64,000 bases of DNA from a virus (taxonomy: Duplodnaviria > Caudoviricetes): IMG/VR virus record IMGVR_UViG_3300014205_000025, positions 860 through 64,859 of that record. One strand, given 5' to 3'. Within the stretch, counting starts at the first letter, position 1. Each line of letters opens with the position of its first letter. A program made the position numbers and the translations under genes. This document shows positions 49,001 to 55,597 of the stretch, piece after piece. Under the pieces are notes generated by a model. The model did not search any database and was not told the origin of the DNA. It was given only the letters and a program-made list of their open reading frames with translations.

Positions 49001-52000
49001 GGATACAGGTTCTTGGCGATGCGCGCGGTGAGGCTGTCATATTCGACCGCCAGCACCTTGGACGTGCCGCGCAGTTCCTGCGGCATCAGGCCGAGGAAGT
49101 TGCCGGTCCCGACCGACGGCTCCAGCACCGCGCCGCCGGTGAAGCCCAGCCGCTGCACGCCAGACCAGATGGCCTCAACGACCGCCTGGCTGGTGTAGTG
49201 CGCCGCCCTGGTCGACGCGCGGGCCGCGCGCAGTTCCGGCGCCGTCAGCAGTTCTTCAAGCTCGGCTACCCGCTTCTCCCAGCCCTTCGCGACGCCCTCG
49301 CCTTCCCCCGAGCCGGCGACACGAAAGGCGTTCTTCAAGCCGCCCCAGCCGACATACCGGGCAAGGACGCGCTGTTCGTCCGGCGTCGCGCGCCGGTTCT
49401 CGTCCTCGATCTTCTTGAGCGTCTTGATGGCCGCGACGTTGTCCCGGTACTTCTCGCCCTCTGAGCCCTTCCCAAGCTCCAGGCTGTCATCGATGACGAA
49501 ATCGATCGCCGGGATGTTGCCAGACGATGCGTCCTCAAGCGGCGGGGCAGCGTCGGGTTCCGGCGGCGGCTTGGCGGCCTTCTGCTTGGCTGCGGCCTTC
49601 TCCTTCTTCGGCCGCGGGGCCTTCGGCGCTACGCCAGTTCCGGTTCCGGCGTCAGGTAGATCAGTTCCCGTAGAACCATCTCCTCCGCCTCGAACTGTTG
49701 CATCCCCGCCTGCATCAGTTCCGACACCTGCCGTGCTGCTTCCTTGCTCGCCGCCTGCACTTCCTGATCCAGCGTCCCCGACCGGAGCATCTCCGCCACC
49801 ATCTTCGGGCGCCACTGCTTCCAGTGTTTCAGGGCTGTCTCCGTATACTGTAGGCCCAGCATTCTCCAGTTCCTCCTGCGTCATGTATTCGGGCGAGCGT
49901 TCCCTAACCGTGATGCCGCCTGCCGGGTTAATCGAGACCGGCTCCGTCACCCGGATACCGTCCTCGGTGTAGGAGCGAACGCCGCGGCCGTCCTCGAATA
50001 GAGGATTGTCGTAGAAGTTGGTGCCGATCCGCGTCCATTCCAGCCGAGGCGGGGTAGCGGGCGCCGGGGGCGCAAGGGCAGGCTGCGGCGCCGGCGGCTT
50101 GCCTACACCCGCTCCTGGGGCTTCAACGGTTTCGACGGCCGGCCGCCCCTGTTCCCCTGGTCCCTGAACGCTGGGGCTGGGGCTTGGGGCGCTCGGCTCG
50201 GGATCCCGTCGGGGGCCCCGGTCGGGTTCGGTGGTGACGGTCGGCCGGCCTTGATTGTCGGCAGGCCGTGGCCGAGCGACCGGAGGACGCTGCCCGCCGC
50301 CGTCTCCAGCCTCGCCGCCAGGTTCCTGGCCTGCGCCCTCTGCTGTGGTCTCAGGCCGGGTTGGCGGTTCGCTCGCATCCGCAGGCGCTTGGCCGCCATT
50401 GTCGCCGTCGCCACCGCTTCGTGTGGATCCTCCATCTTGTTCCTCCTCGATCGTCACCGGGATCTGCACCTGATCCCATGCGTCGTTGCTGCCCGGCGTG
50501 CCCTGCGCGGCCAGGTCCATCTCCAGCAGCTCGGCTTCGACCATCAACTGCTGGATCGGCTCGGGTTCTGGCTCCGGTGGGACTGGTGCCGGCCCGGCTG
50601 GCGCATCCACCGATGCGGGGATTCCCATATCGGTCGGGGCTGGTCCCGGCATGTCCGACACTGGTTCTGGCGTGCCAGCCGGCTGTGTCGCCGGCGGCTG
50701 ATAGCGCAGGGGATCGGTGGTGTTTCCGCGTCGGGCCCAGCGGATGAACTGCGGCCAGCCCATGTCCGACACGGCGCCCATGCGAGACTGGCCGGACCCG
50801 TTGGAGAAGCCAGCGCGATATGCCGTCTCGGCAGCCTGGCGCGTCGGATACCCGATCATCGCCTTGTGTTCGTCGAACTGGCCCGTCTTTGGGTCGATCT
50901 GATCGACGATCCAGACCGGGTGCTGGTTTGCCTCATGCGCGCTGGGACCGAGGTAGACGTCAACCGGATCGCCGTCGGCGCCCTTGCTGCGCTTGATCTC
51001 GCCATAGTCGCCGGGCATCACCGTCGTCCACGGCTTGCCGTCCGGGTCGATGCCGTGCCGCTCTCCGCCCGCCGGCGTCTCGATCGCGATGTCGAGACCG
51101 TGCAGCTTGGCGTGGACCTTCTGGTAATTGCCGGCCGCGGCCTGATCTGGCGTCGGCGGCTTGGCGATCAGGGGCGCCACGGCCGCAAGGTCGTTTGGCT
51201 GAACCACGTTGATTGGTGACGCCTTCGTCCCGTCGCCATCGCGCAGCGCGTCGGACCAGTCGACGTCCTGGGCTAGTCCCTCGGCGTCGGTGATCCACTT
51301 GTCCAGGTCGGCTTGCGTCGGCACGTCCAGCACCGAGCCGACCGGATCCCCGGCAGGATCAAACAGCGTCCACTCGCCGCCCGGCTGCTCCTGAATTGTG
51401 AAGCCTTCGGGGAGGCGCGAACGGGCATCATCCACCGCGCCGGTCTGCTGCGCCGCAATCTCGGCCGCGATCTCCTCATTCGGCCGCGGGTCGTTCAGCA
51501 TGTTGCCGAGGCTTGTCTTGCGCGCGGCGATGGTTGCGGCCGTGTTGATCGGAAGCATCAGGCCTTCAAACACCTGCCGCACGCGCGCCATGAACGCATC
51601 CGGCGTCATGCCCGGCGTGCCCGGCGGCGCCTTTTGCATCGTCTCCTTGACGGCTTGGTCCAGCACTACCGCCAGTTCCGCGTCCGGGACATGAGGGTAC
51701 GTCTGGCGGCGCTCGGCCGCTGGCATCATCGCATCCAAGGCCGCTACGGGAGAGACCGGCGGCGCGACGGGCTCCGCAACCATGACCGGCGACTGTTGCT
51801 GCGGACGGGGCGCGGCCGATGGCGCTGCGGGGGCGGTTGGCGCCGGCTCGACGGGGCGAGGGGCCGCCGGCGGCGGCGTGCCTTCGTTGGTCTGCTGGAG
51901 AACTTCACCCCATGTGGTCGGAAGCGGCCCTGCCGGGCGAGGCGCCCCCGGAGAACCCGGCGGACTGCCAGGGGCCGGACCGCTCGGCATGGGCGAGTCC

Positions 52001-52563
52001 GGCCCGGTCAGCCGGAGCGTGCCTGGGCCGGAAGGGCCACGGGCAACAGGCGCGGCGCGCGGCGGCGCCGGAATGGACGGCCCGCCCATGAACGCTTCCG
52101 GCATGGCCGCAACATCGCGCCCAAGCTGTGGATTGCCGAACTCGTCGAACAACTGCTGAACGCCGGCCTGCGCGCCACGGAACAGGCCTGCGCCGGCACG
52201 GGCCGCCAGATCGACGCCGGCGCCGAGCGTCGCAATCGGGTAGGCGATCGGCCCCCACTCTTGAACCGCGCGAGCCTGTTCCTCGCGCGATAGGTTGATG
52301 ACGCCGCCTTCCCGGAACCCCTGGACGCCACCGCGCATGGCCGACTCCAGCACGCGCCCTGGAGCCGCGTTCACCGAGTCCATAAACGACGGCGCCGGTT
52401 CATCCGGCGTGATCCAGTCATCGACCTCGGGCATTGCTGGAGCTGCTGCGGCCATCGGCTCCGCTGGCGTGATCCAGTCGTCCACTTCGGTCGGCGAGGC
52501 CGGGGGCGGCGCTGCCTGCTGGCCAGCGATCATGGCTTCAACGCGAGGGCGCCAGTCGCTCAT
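40075..52563 (-). CDS. darB: Giant polyvalent internal virion protein, DarB-like (InPase-like domain, N6-adenine MTase, SNF2-type helicase, HExxH domain, ejection-protein C-terminus)
   Basis: 4162 aa. IAIETP.G..R.G.DP.G..W...M...YG.I....GADGD.VDVY.G; EPSVGTG and GNPPFG; HVVGAGKT, IDEAHEFKN, GTPISN, IGST...GAGTNVQ; HHESIH. Confidence 0.92.
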   Translation of the reverse strand: MSDWRPRVEAMIAGQQAAPPPASPTEVDDWITPAEPMAAAAPAMPEVDDWITPDEPAPSFMDSVNAAPGRVLESAMRGGVQGFREGGVINLSREEQARAVQEWGPIAYPIATLGAGVDLAARAGAGLFRGAQAGVQQLFDEFGNPQLGRDVAAMPEAFMGGPSIPAPPRAAPVARGPSGPGTLRLTGPDSPMPSGPAPGSPPGSPGAPRPAGPLPTTWGEVLQQTNEGTPPPAAPRPVEPAPTAPAAPSAAPRPQQQSPVMVAEPVAPPVSPVAALDAMMPAAERRQTYPHVPDAELAVVLDQAVKETMQKAPPGTPGMTPDAFMARVRQVFEGLMLPINTAATIAARKTSLGNMLNDPRPNEEIAAEIAAQQTGAVDDARSRLPEGFTIQEQPGGEWTLFDPAGDPVGSVLDVPTQADLDKWITDAEGLAQDVDWSDALRDGDGTKASPINVVQPNDLAAVAPLIAKPPTPDQAAAGNYQKVHAKLHGLDIAIETPAGGERHGIDPDGKPWTTVMPGDYGEIKRSKGADGDPVDVYLGPSAHEANQHPVWIVDQIDPKTGQFDEHKAMIGYPTRQAAETAYRAGFSNGSGQSRMGAVSDMGWPQFIRWARRGNTTDPLRYQPPATQPAGTPEPVSDMPGPAPTDMGIPASVDAPAGPAPVPPEPEPEPIQQLMVEAELLEMDLAAQGTPGSNDAWDQVQIPVTIEEEQDGGSTRSGGDGDNGGQAPADASEPPTRPETTAEGAGQEPGGEAGDGGGQRPPVARPRPADNQGRPTVTTEPDRGPRRDPEPSAPSPSPSVQGPGEQGRPAVETVEAPGAGVGKPPAPQPALAPPAPATPPRLEWTRIGTNFYDNPLFEDGRGVRSYTEDGIRVTEPVSINPAGGITVRERSPEYMTQEELENAGPTVYGDSPETLEAVAPEDGGGDAPVGDAGSGSAGGEQGSSTAGVGTDAGGDATVRGGGDGSTGTDLPDAGTGTGVAPKAPRPKKEKAAAKQKAAKPPPEPDAAPPLEDASSGNIPAIDFVIDDSLELGKGSEGEKYRDNVAAIKTLKKIEDENRRATPDEQRVLARYVGWGGLKNAFRVAGSGEGEGVAKGWEKRVAELEELLTAPELRAARASTRAAHYTSQAVVEAIWSGVQRLGFTGGAVLEPSVGTGNFLGLMPQELRGTSKVLAVEYDSLTARIAKNLYPNASVLHSGIQSVPLPRNQFALAIGNPPFGNESLYFRYNPEVNRKTIHNQFFQASLDAVEEGGLVAMVVSHFLMDALDRSNRLELAKRADLVGAIRLPDTAFKENAGTEVVTDILFFRKRSGEEASVAQQVAVELAGGKAPKEPDALYTRIKAEIEAWTVAEATRDPSGSDAMINANQYFIRRPDMVIGKITAAGTMYGSDPALNVTLDDPAQFEPMLAKAIARLPSGRPRDDIAERTLEQFNLMADAMRLAVDRAEVGAVTRTDKGGLKVVVSVYGGGKPLMREIPLTADTPFNPEYSYTRDGKWERTQDRKGPDKKPLKVLDADGKPTRYNQKVTTTYATTADIPTRDKWGAERIEMMTDMLPIRELLKTQLSLETQDSPDRMLTANREKLNKAYDAFVKKHGLLHNAKSIAIATTMPDGALILSVEENVGTREDPKYTKAAIMSRRVTSPPKMAEKADSPSDAIALVLSERGVLDLDRLAELLGTDAAGAEKAISGGASPLAFFDPETNLWEPKDGYLSGQVRRKLNAARDARLEANVKALEGVMPEDWNAGQITPNIGSGWIPPDIYADFLMSLGYDHATVLYSEKTNSFSVMADGTAKVQWSTSVARARKTDDIVSRLLNSQSMRVTYRDQDDNLIFAEEATAETEAKAAEIFNEFLDWAYSDDDRRQRLVKVFNEKFNTRVLRQRDGSHLTLPGKVPDSMIKMRRHQMNAIWRGVTDPVVLYDHVVGAGKTFVAIARIMERRRMGLTRKALVVVPKHLTEQWGGDVAKLYPGAKILVAGEADFDRKNRRRLFAKIASADYDMVIIGHSSFGFIDLDQATEERFLMEELADAMAAAIEAEEAAAASGEGGWGKPFGVAEAERLIAKIEARLAKLRDGNRDRLLTFEEMGIDDLTIDEAHEFKNLSYSSRLTNVSGMGNKAGSNKAMDLHLKLRSLRERPGSSVAFLTGTPISNSASEMYLVLKNLAPKELKELGLDNFDAWRSMFVAYASAWEPTEAGGMKEVTRLGREWMNMKSLMDLYYSVTDAVTLQDLKEVFAEDNPGQKFPVPDVLSDRRNGDEREQITIAPTPEQRAILRDLVVGFEGLKDIRDPKERSAEMFRLMDRGRKVSLDARAINPRTRVQDGTGKIGAVVKNVTRIYREWEKDLGTQVIFLDRSVPTSKGDDKIVQAYDAARAAMQKAIEDQDEKAQGVAADKLEKFNASEVEALRDALAGGWNAYAEIKKQLVQQGIPADEIRFIQEAGTDEQKKALFSQVRSGKIRVLIGSTQRMGAGTNVQDRLVGLHHVDVTWKPSDIEQREGRIIRQGNLLLKKYGDDFAVEIIAYATEMTTDAKMWSLNAGKLKTINGIRKYDGSFMMEFEDTEAESMAEMAARATGNPLMVERVTLDGDIQKLEIQQRAYTKSQAAMRDELATAEKAVADAPATAAWYEAFDAELKKGIEDAREASNKRSTTVEGGTVRSRTSAKAAADAAIVRQRAGDEKARYSIEIGGEKHTTQANIDRAIAQAFGTEDFQATFKGKSYIDVGVLAVDVVAAFDAHISRGMTVDGITINGMPVEVDARHSSFRRNPTTEYAFSLKEEKSGRTMIPYWSDNEGHEVRVGMIRGGLDVLLNRTRLVDFKGTADEVRSHAATAGKRIPELREQVGKPWAKAADLDAKRERLAIVTAQLAGTSFSDALKDPDKAVAFSLKWTMTLDDTGEFIQPMLSAGQTPEQARALSGWESVESEPIAPTDPAVTQASIEAVQKIVGPKGRVQTIPRTMTAQAGMSTNAGADIGGFAMGGLMRVAEAPRAERFHWNLHHESIHVLRNLGLFSPGEWKTLEAAARRQGWVERFDVAKRYPNLPEDRQIEEAIAEAFASASRGDKDAPTGGVLGRAWQKTQRFLGAFRNALEGRGLRTAEGVFERTTAGRVGSRATARMAPRGPQDMAEQDRRAAELERALTLPTDEGDVSLMAGMSPELKRMLAEAAARTKRATDAAVSKLWSGTKVPDGVTVEQPLERRDISSLTAPFKTPTLVFQHTELAPVIAAGIRAEELQSRWITRLVHRYDQIRKTLDDAEGSFDKVTEALWAGDADQVDIADADARADLFNEFDLDDAEAEAFMSFHKLLEAQARLVDNHRRYMMPKVRAEKQRLIDALERILDHAKVPGSEAGRLYRRRATLTRRIARGKSKNPAVDSAAIQAINVQLRAMRAQDPDIQARISDMQDNIDALEARLNASGVRGRVKGYVPHKFYGSWRLWVLGEEDPETGEREKTEITSDQGFYNTREEAIDAAVAYKAENPDAEMLIAPKQIQWPVGIEGTTVSDAAFGRLARNLASKVELRGPALDEILTGVARRQNRRRMYGPGLHREGAEGYSREMDRVMRTHIGQTVRYVTMDKLKFQAITAMEKAGIGPYRIVTQERKTLQRAFASWLDDVMGRKQGFEETIDAALRRFPVPATVLMTGLAGTALASVTGIFGVAGAASPLISAAFGGYAGYQMYKTLTGKAVPWQPPEHYTDFPFRQFTSHMTTGMAHMLLGMVINIKSALVNLMQTAVNTYPEIGLKYTLRGMNRAAAATWAAMRGQSTSDTRLMERAGIQTLYRITEAGPVLAEHESKLAKFSMWAFQSAENINRAVAFFGGYARATDAGHTPRDAFEQATKVVRDTQFHMGNANKPEILRQQWARMPGQFKNFLFQLIARVFSIPAAKVAKTVAMMAVLGGALALPGFQVMNAGVKLLTNGWSPQGAIEQTVLEWQAVGGWTANTATVFARGLPALYTDISQSVGLGVGALPEAMSDLSGPWWSKVAAQQQAAAKNAGLVDRLAALSPGLNPLKALEAAANGMTIGSRGFIDALGDGKSAWTDWRRQGKLLYEPTNLQLLGAAFNFTPPGVTALRSGMRQTAQTIEEYRRDRAAYMADIIQAVRNKDYRRAGEIIAKANGEGHPITRKQVSDAVGTANMPAGWRMLEEAPKHLRPQIDQFRRGAENMMGGPPAR
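49629..49862 (-). CDS. TnpV-like protein overprinted in the +1 frame of the giant gene
   Basis: AGGAGG 9 nt upstream of ATG; RPKMVAEMLRSGTL...EAEEMVLRELIY matches the TnpV pattern (RP..Y.ELL.SG.L...AEEIVL.ELIY). Confidence 0.75.
   Translation of the reverse strand: MLGLQYTETALKHWKQWRPKMVAEMLRSGTLDQEVQAASKEAARQVSELMQAGMQQFEAEEMVLRELIYLTPEPELA
50103..50435 (-). CDS. Second overprinted +1-frame gene in the giant gene (110 aa, basic helical N-terminal half)
   Basis: GAGGAGG 6 nt upstream of ATG; AAKRLRMRANRQPGL...ARNLAARLETAA is helix-like while the host frame is low-complexity. Confidence 0.55.
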   Translation of the reverse strand: MEDPHEAVATATMAAKRLRMRANRQPGLRPQQRAQARNLAARLETAAGSVLRSLGHGLPTIKAGRPSPPNPTGAPDGIPSRAPQAPAPAFRDQGNRGGRPSKPLKPQERV

Positions 52564-54608
52564 TACAAGGGGTTCCCGTTCTGGTCATACATGCGGCCCG
52601 TCGGATCGCGCCAACGGCCAAGCGTCGGGCTGAACTGACTGCCACGGGGGACGCTCGGCGGCCTAGGCGGGGCCTGCGGTTGAGCCTGGGGCGACGGCGT
52701 TTCACCTGGCACAAACCCAGCCGGCGGACCGGATGGCGGCGGCATTGGCGCAGGGGCCGGTGCGGGAGGCGCGGCGGCAGGTGCGGCCGGCGCTACCGGT
52801 GCGGCCGGCGGCGTCGCCGTGATGGTGCCAAGCGCCCCGGTCTGGGGCGGGGCTCCGGGCGCTGGCGCTGCCGCAGTCGGTGTCGAAATCAGATCCCGGA
52901 CTTCGGCCAGGCGCCTCCGCTTCTCCTGCGCCTTCTGTTCAGGCGTCATTTCAGCGAGCCGGAAATCCCCCTCAACGTCGCTCGATATTTTCTGAGCGAT
53001 ATTCGCCAAAGAGTTGCCCGACGGGGTGGCTCCTGCTGCCATCGCTGCCGCATCGCGCGGACTGAACCCCGCGGAAACCAGCATCTTCTCCTTCACCTGG
53101 ATGGCAAGCTGCCGCCCGCCTCCAGCGGCACCAGCAGGCTTGGGCGACCTGGTAACGTCCCCTCCGCCTTCCCATTGCATCGGCCGCGCAACACCATCGG
53201 GACCGACGATCATGCCCTGTTCGGTCCCGTCCGGGTTCCGCGACCACTGTATGTTGGGCCTGACAGGCTTCTCAGGACGAACCACCTGTTCGCCGGCGCC
53301 GTCCAGGATCGGGGTGGCGTTGCCGTAGGCATCAACCATCATGGCTACGGATTTGCCGTCCGGCCCCACGGAATAGAGCACTTTTCCCCCGGTCATGCCC
53401 TGCCTCGCTGGCACGCCCGCTTGATTGATCGCCTCCACCGCATCGCCGGTTTGCAGGTAGGACTGCACGAACCGGGCGGCGCCGGCCTTGTCCGTGCCAT
53501 AGAGCCGCGTCGCCATCGTCGTGGCATCGCCCAGCCGCTTGAGCGCCCCGGTGTTGTTCATGACCTCGGGGGGAAGCTGGATCCCGCTCTGATCGGCATA
53601 GTACTTGCCGGCATCGACGTCACCGCGGGCGAACGCCTCCATCGCCATTTTCTGGTAACCGTCCCGGCGGGCCTGATCCTGCTGCGTCAATCGGTCCGTG
53701 CGGGTGGTGTCCCAATTCCCCTGCTGGCGCTGCTGCTCGGCCTGCCGGTCAGCCCGGGTGATGCTCTTGTCGATCTGCTGGCCCTGCTGCTGGAGCGTTT
53801 GCAGTCCGACCGTGCTTCCACCCGGCGTCGCCGCCACGCGCCGGATGATCGGGGAATAGTCGATCCCGCTCAGGCCAGGCCCTGGTGTCGGCTGCGCTGC
53901 CGGCGCGCCACCCACTTTCTGCAGGTACTGCGACACGTTCGTCCGGTTCGCGTCCGCCGGGTTGGCGGTCCCGCCCGACCGAAGATACCTCTCCGCGCCC
54001 GTCGGTCCGGCAAAGTGCATCGCCGAATACAGGTCCTCGCGCGTGATCGTTCGTCCACCTACATTCTGCCCGACGTACTTATCGAGCCCGCGCGCCGCGA
54101 TCTCCCTGTCCAGGTTCTTCTGGTGGATCTCGAACGCCGTGTCCTGCGCGCCGCCGTCCGCCAGGAACTGCGCGTGCGACATGACCCGACCATCCGGGAG
54201 GCTGATCGTCCCCTTCCACTGGTTGGTTTTCAGGTCTTCGCCTGGGAGCGGATCGTAAATGCCGGCGGCATTCAGCGCCGCGGTGCCGAACTGGTACTTG
54301 CCCGAGAAGCCCTGCTTGTTCACCGCGGTCCCGGTCGGGTCTTCCACGGACTGGATGCGGGACCGGAAGGTGGTCCGATCGTCGGGGCTGACAAGCGGCC
54401 TGGCTGGTGCGGGGGCGGCCGGCGCTGGCTGTTGCGGCTGCGCCGTGATCTCCTGCAACCCACCGCGCACGGCTTCATCAACCGCGCGCTGTTCGTCACG
54501 CTTCCGGGCTTCATCCTGCTGGCGGCGCTGCCTGTCGAGGGTGTCGGTCTGCTGATCGAACGCCCGGCCGGCCATGTTCGACGTGATGAACCCCAGGCTA
54601 CCGCTCAT
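52563..54608 (-). CDS. Internal virion protein with a lysozyme/lytic-transglycosylase-like domain
   Basis: I.SVE......VN..G.SGKYQFG..AL and AMHF.G..GA..YL.SGG..N.ADAN.T.V..Y motifs; start re-called at MSGSL. Confidence 0.8.
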   Translation of the reverse strand: MSGSLGFITSNMAGRAFDQQTDTLDRQRRQQDEARKRDEQRAVDEAVRGGLQEITAQPQQPAPAAPAPARPLVSPDDRTTFRSRIQSVEDPTGTAVNKQGFSGKYQFGTAALNAAGIYDPLPGEDLKTNQWKGTISLPDGRVMSHAQFLADGGAQDTAFEIHQKNLDREIAARGLDKYVGQNVGGRTITREDLYSAMHFAGPTGAERYLRSGGTANPADANRTNVSQYLQKVGGAPAAQPTPGPGLSGIDYSPIIRRVAATPGGSTVGLQTLQQQGQQIDKSITRADRQAEQQRQQGNWDTTRTDRLTQQDQARRDGYQKMAMEAFARGDVDAGKYYADQSGIQLPPEVMNNTGALKRLGDATTMATRLYGTDKAGAARFVQSYLQTGDAVEAINQAGVPARQGMTGGKVLYSVGPDGKSVAMMVDAYGNATPILDGAGEQVVRPEKPVRPNIQWSRNPDGTEQGMIVGPDGVARPMQWEGGGDVTRSPKPAGAAGGGRQLAIQVKEKMLVSAGFSPRDAAAMAAGATPSGNSLANIAQKISSDVEGDFRLAEMTPEQKAQEKRRRLAEVRDLISTPTAAAPAPGAPPQTGALGTITATPPAAPVAPAAPAAAPPAPAPAPMPPPSGPPAGFVPGETPSPQAQPQAPPRPPSVPRGSQFSPTLGRWRDPTGRMYDQNGNPL

Positions 54609-54612
54609 GGTC

Positions 54613-55581
54613 TCAGACTCCCCAGGAACTGCCAGGGGACGAATACCGCCGCTGGTCCGCAATGATTGCCCCAAGCTGGCCGACCGTGTCACCCAGCACG
54701 TTGGCCGTGGACGTCGTGGCGTTTGCCCCGATTGCCCCGGTGGTGCGCGCCGCGTCCGCCGCCGACTGTCCGGTTTGGGCGGTCAGCGATCCGGCCGACT
54801 GCCCGCCGCTGGTAATCGAGCTGGCCAGGTTGTTGCCGACCATCATGTTGGCGTTTGCCTTGGCGCCGCCGGTCTGTAGCTCGCCGGCCGCCATGGTCCC
54901 GCGGGCCGAGTCCGCCACGCCTTGCGCGCGTCGCAGCTCCTGCCGGGTATCCGCGTCGTTGCCAGCCGCGGCTGCCGCCCGATACCGGCGCTCCTGGTCC
55001 ATGAGCGTCCCGATGCCAGCCCGCCCAGCGCCGCGCATGCCGGTGGCAGACAGAGAGGCGAGCCCCGACCGGCGAAGGTCCTCAAGCCCGATCTGCTGCT
55101 GGTCCGTCAGGCCGCGATGCTGCTGGAGCACCTGCGGGTTCGGCGTGAGCAACGGGTTCAGCGTCGTCTTGAACGATCCAAGGCCTGCATCGATGTCAGC
55201 GAGCCCGCGATCGGACCGCTGAACCATGACGTCGCGCGCCTCCTTGTTCGCCGCGAGGATCTTGTCGAGCGCCGCCGCGTTGGCCGCCGCCTGAATGGCC
55301 GCCGCTTGGTTGGCGCCGGCCTGGGCTTGGTTGCTGGCCAGGATGTTGCCGCCGGCACCGAGCGCGCCGCCGACCAGGCGGGTAATGCCTGACGTGCCGC
55401 CGAGGGCATTGGTCAGGCTGCCCCACCAGGAACTGTCGCCACCGCTCGCCAGGTCAAAGCTGCCAGTGTCGACCGCGCTGCCCCAATCCCAACCGCTGGT
55501 ATCGACGCTGGCGGCCGGGATCGAGTCGGCAATCGAGCCCGCGTCCCAGCCCGAAAAAATGTCCGCGAACCAATCACTCAT
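54613..55581 (-). CDS. DNA ejection/pilot protein (P22 gp7-like)
   Basis: G/A/Q-rich (GALGAGGNILASNQAQAGANQAA); GGGAGG RBS; start re-called at MSDWF. Confidence 0.65.
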   Translation of the reverse strand: MSDWFADIFSGWDAGSIADSIPAASVDTSGWDWGSAVDTGSFDLASGGDSSWWGSLTNALGGTSGITRLVGGALGAGGNILASNQAQAGANQAAAIQAAANAAALDKILAANKEARDVMVQRSDRGLADIDAGLGSFKTTLNPLLTPNPQVLQQHRGLTDQQQIGLEDLRRSGLASLSATGMRGAGRAGIGTLMDQERRYRAAAAAGNDADTRQELRRAQGVADSARGTMAAGELQTGGAKANANMMVGNNLASSITSGGQSAGSLTAQTGQSAADAARTTGAIGANATTSTANVLGDTVGQLGAIIADQRRYSSPGSSWGV

Positions 55582-55597
55582 GATCGCTTCCTCCCGG

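Noticed and set aside
52680-54665. 661-aa plus-strand ORF, and similar long antisense ORFs such as 58483..59997, 44308..45834, 46291..47862 and 11127..12551
   Set aside because: R/G/A-rich mirror frames of well-supported genes, without RBS or motifs.
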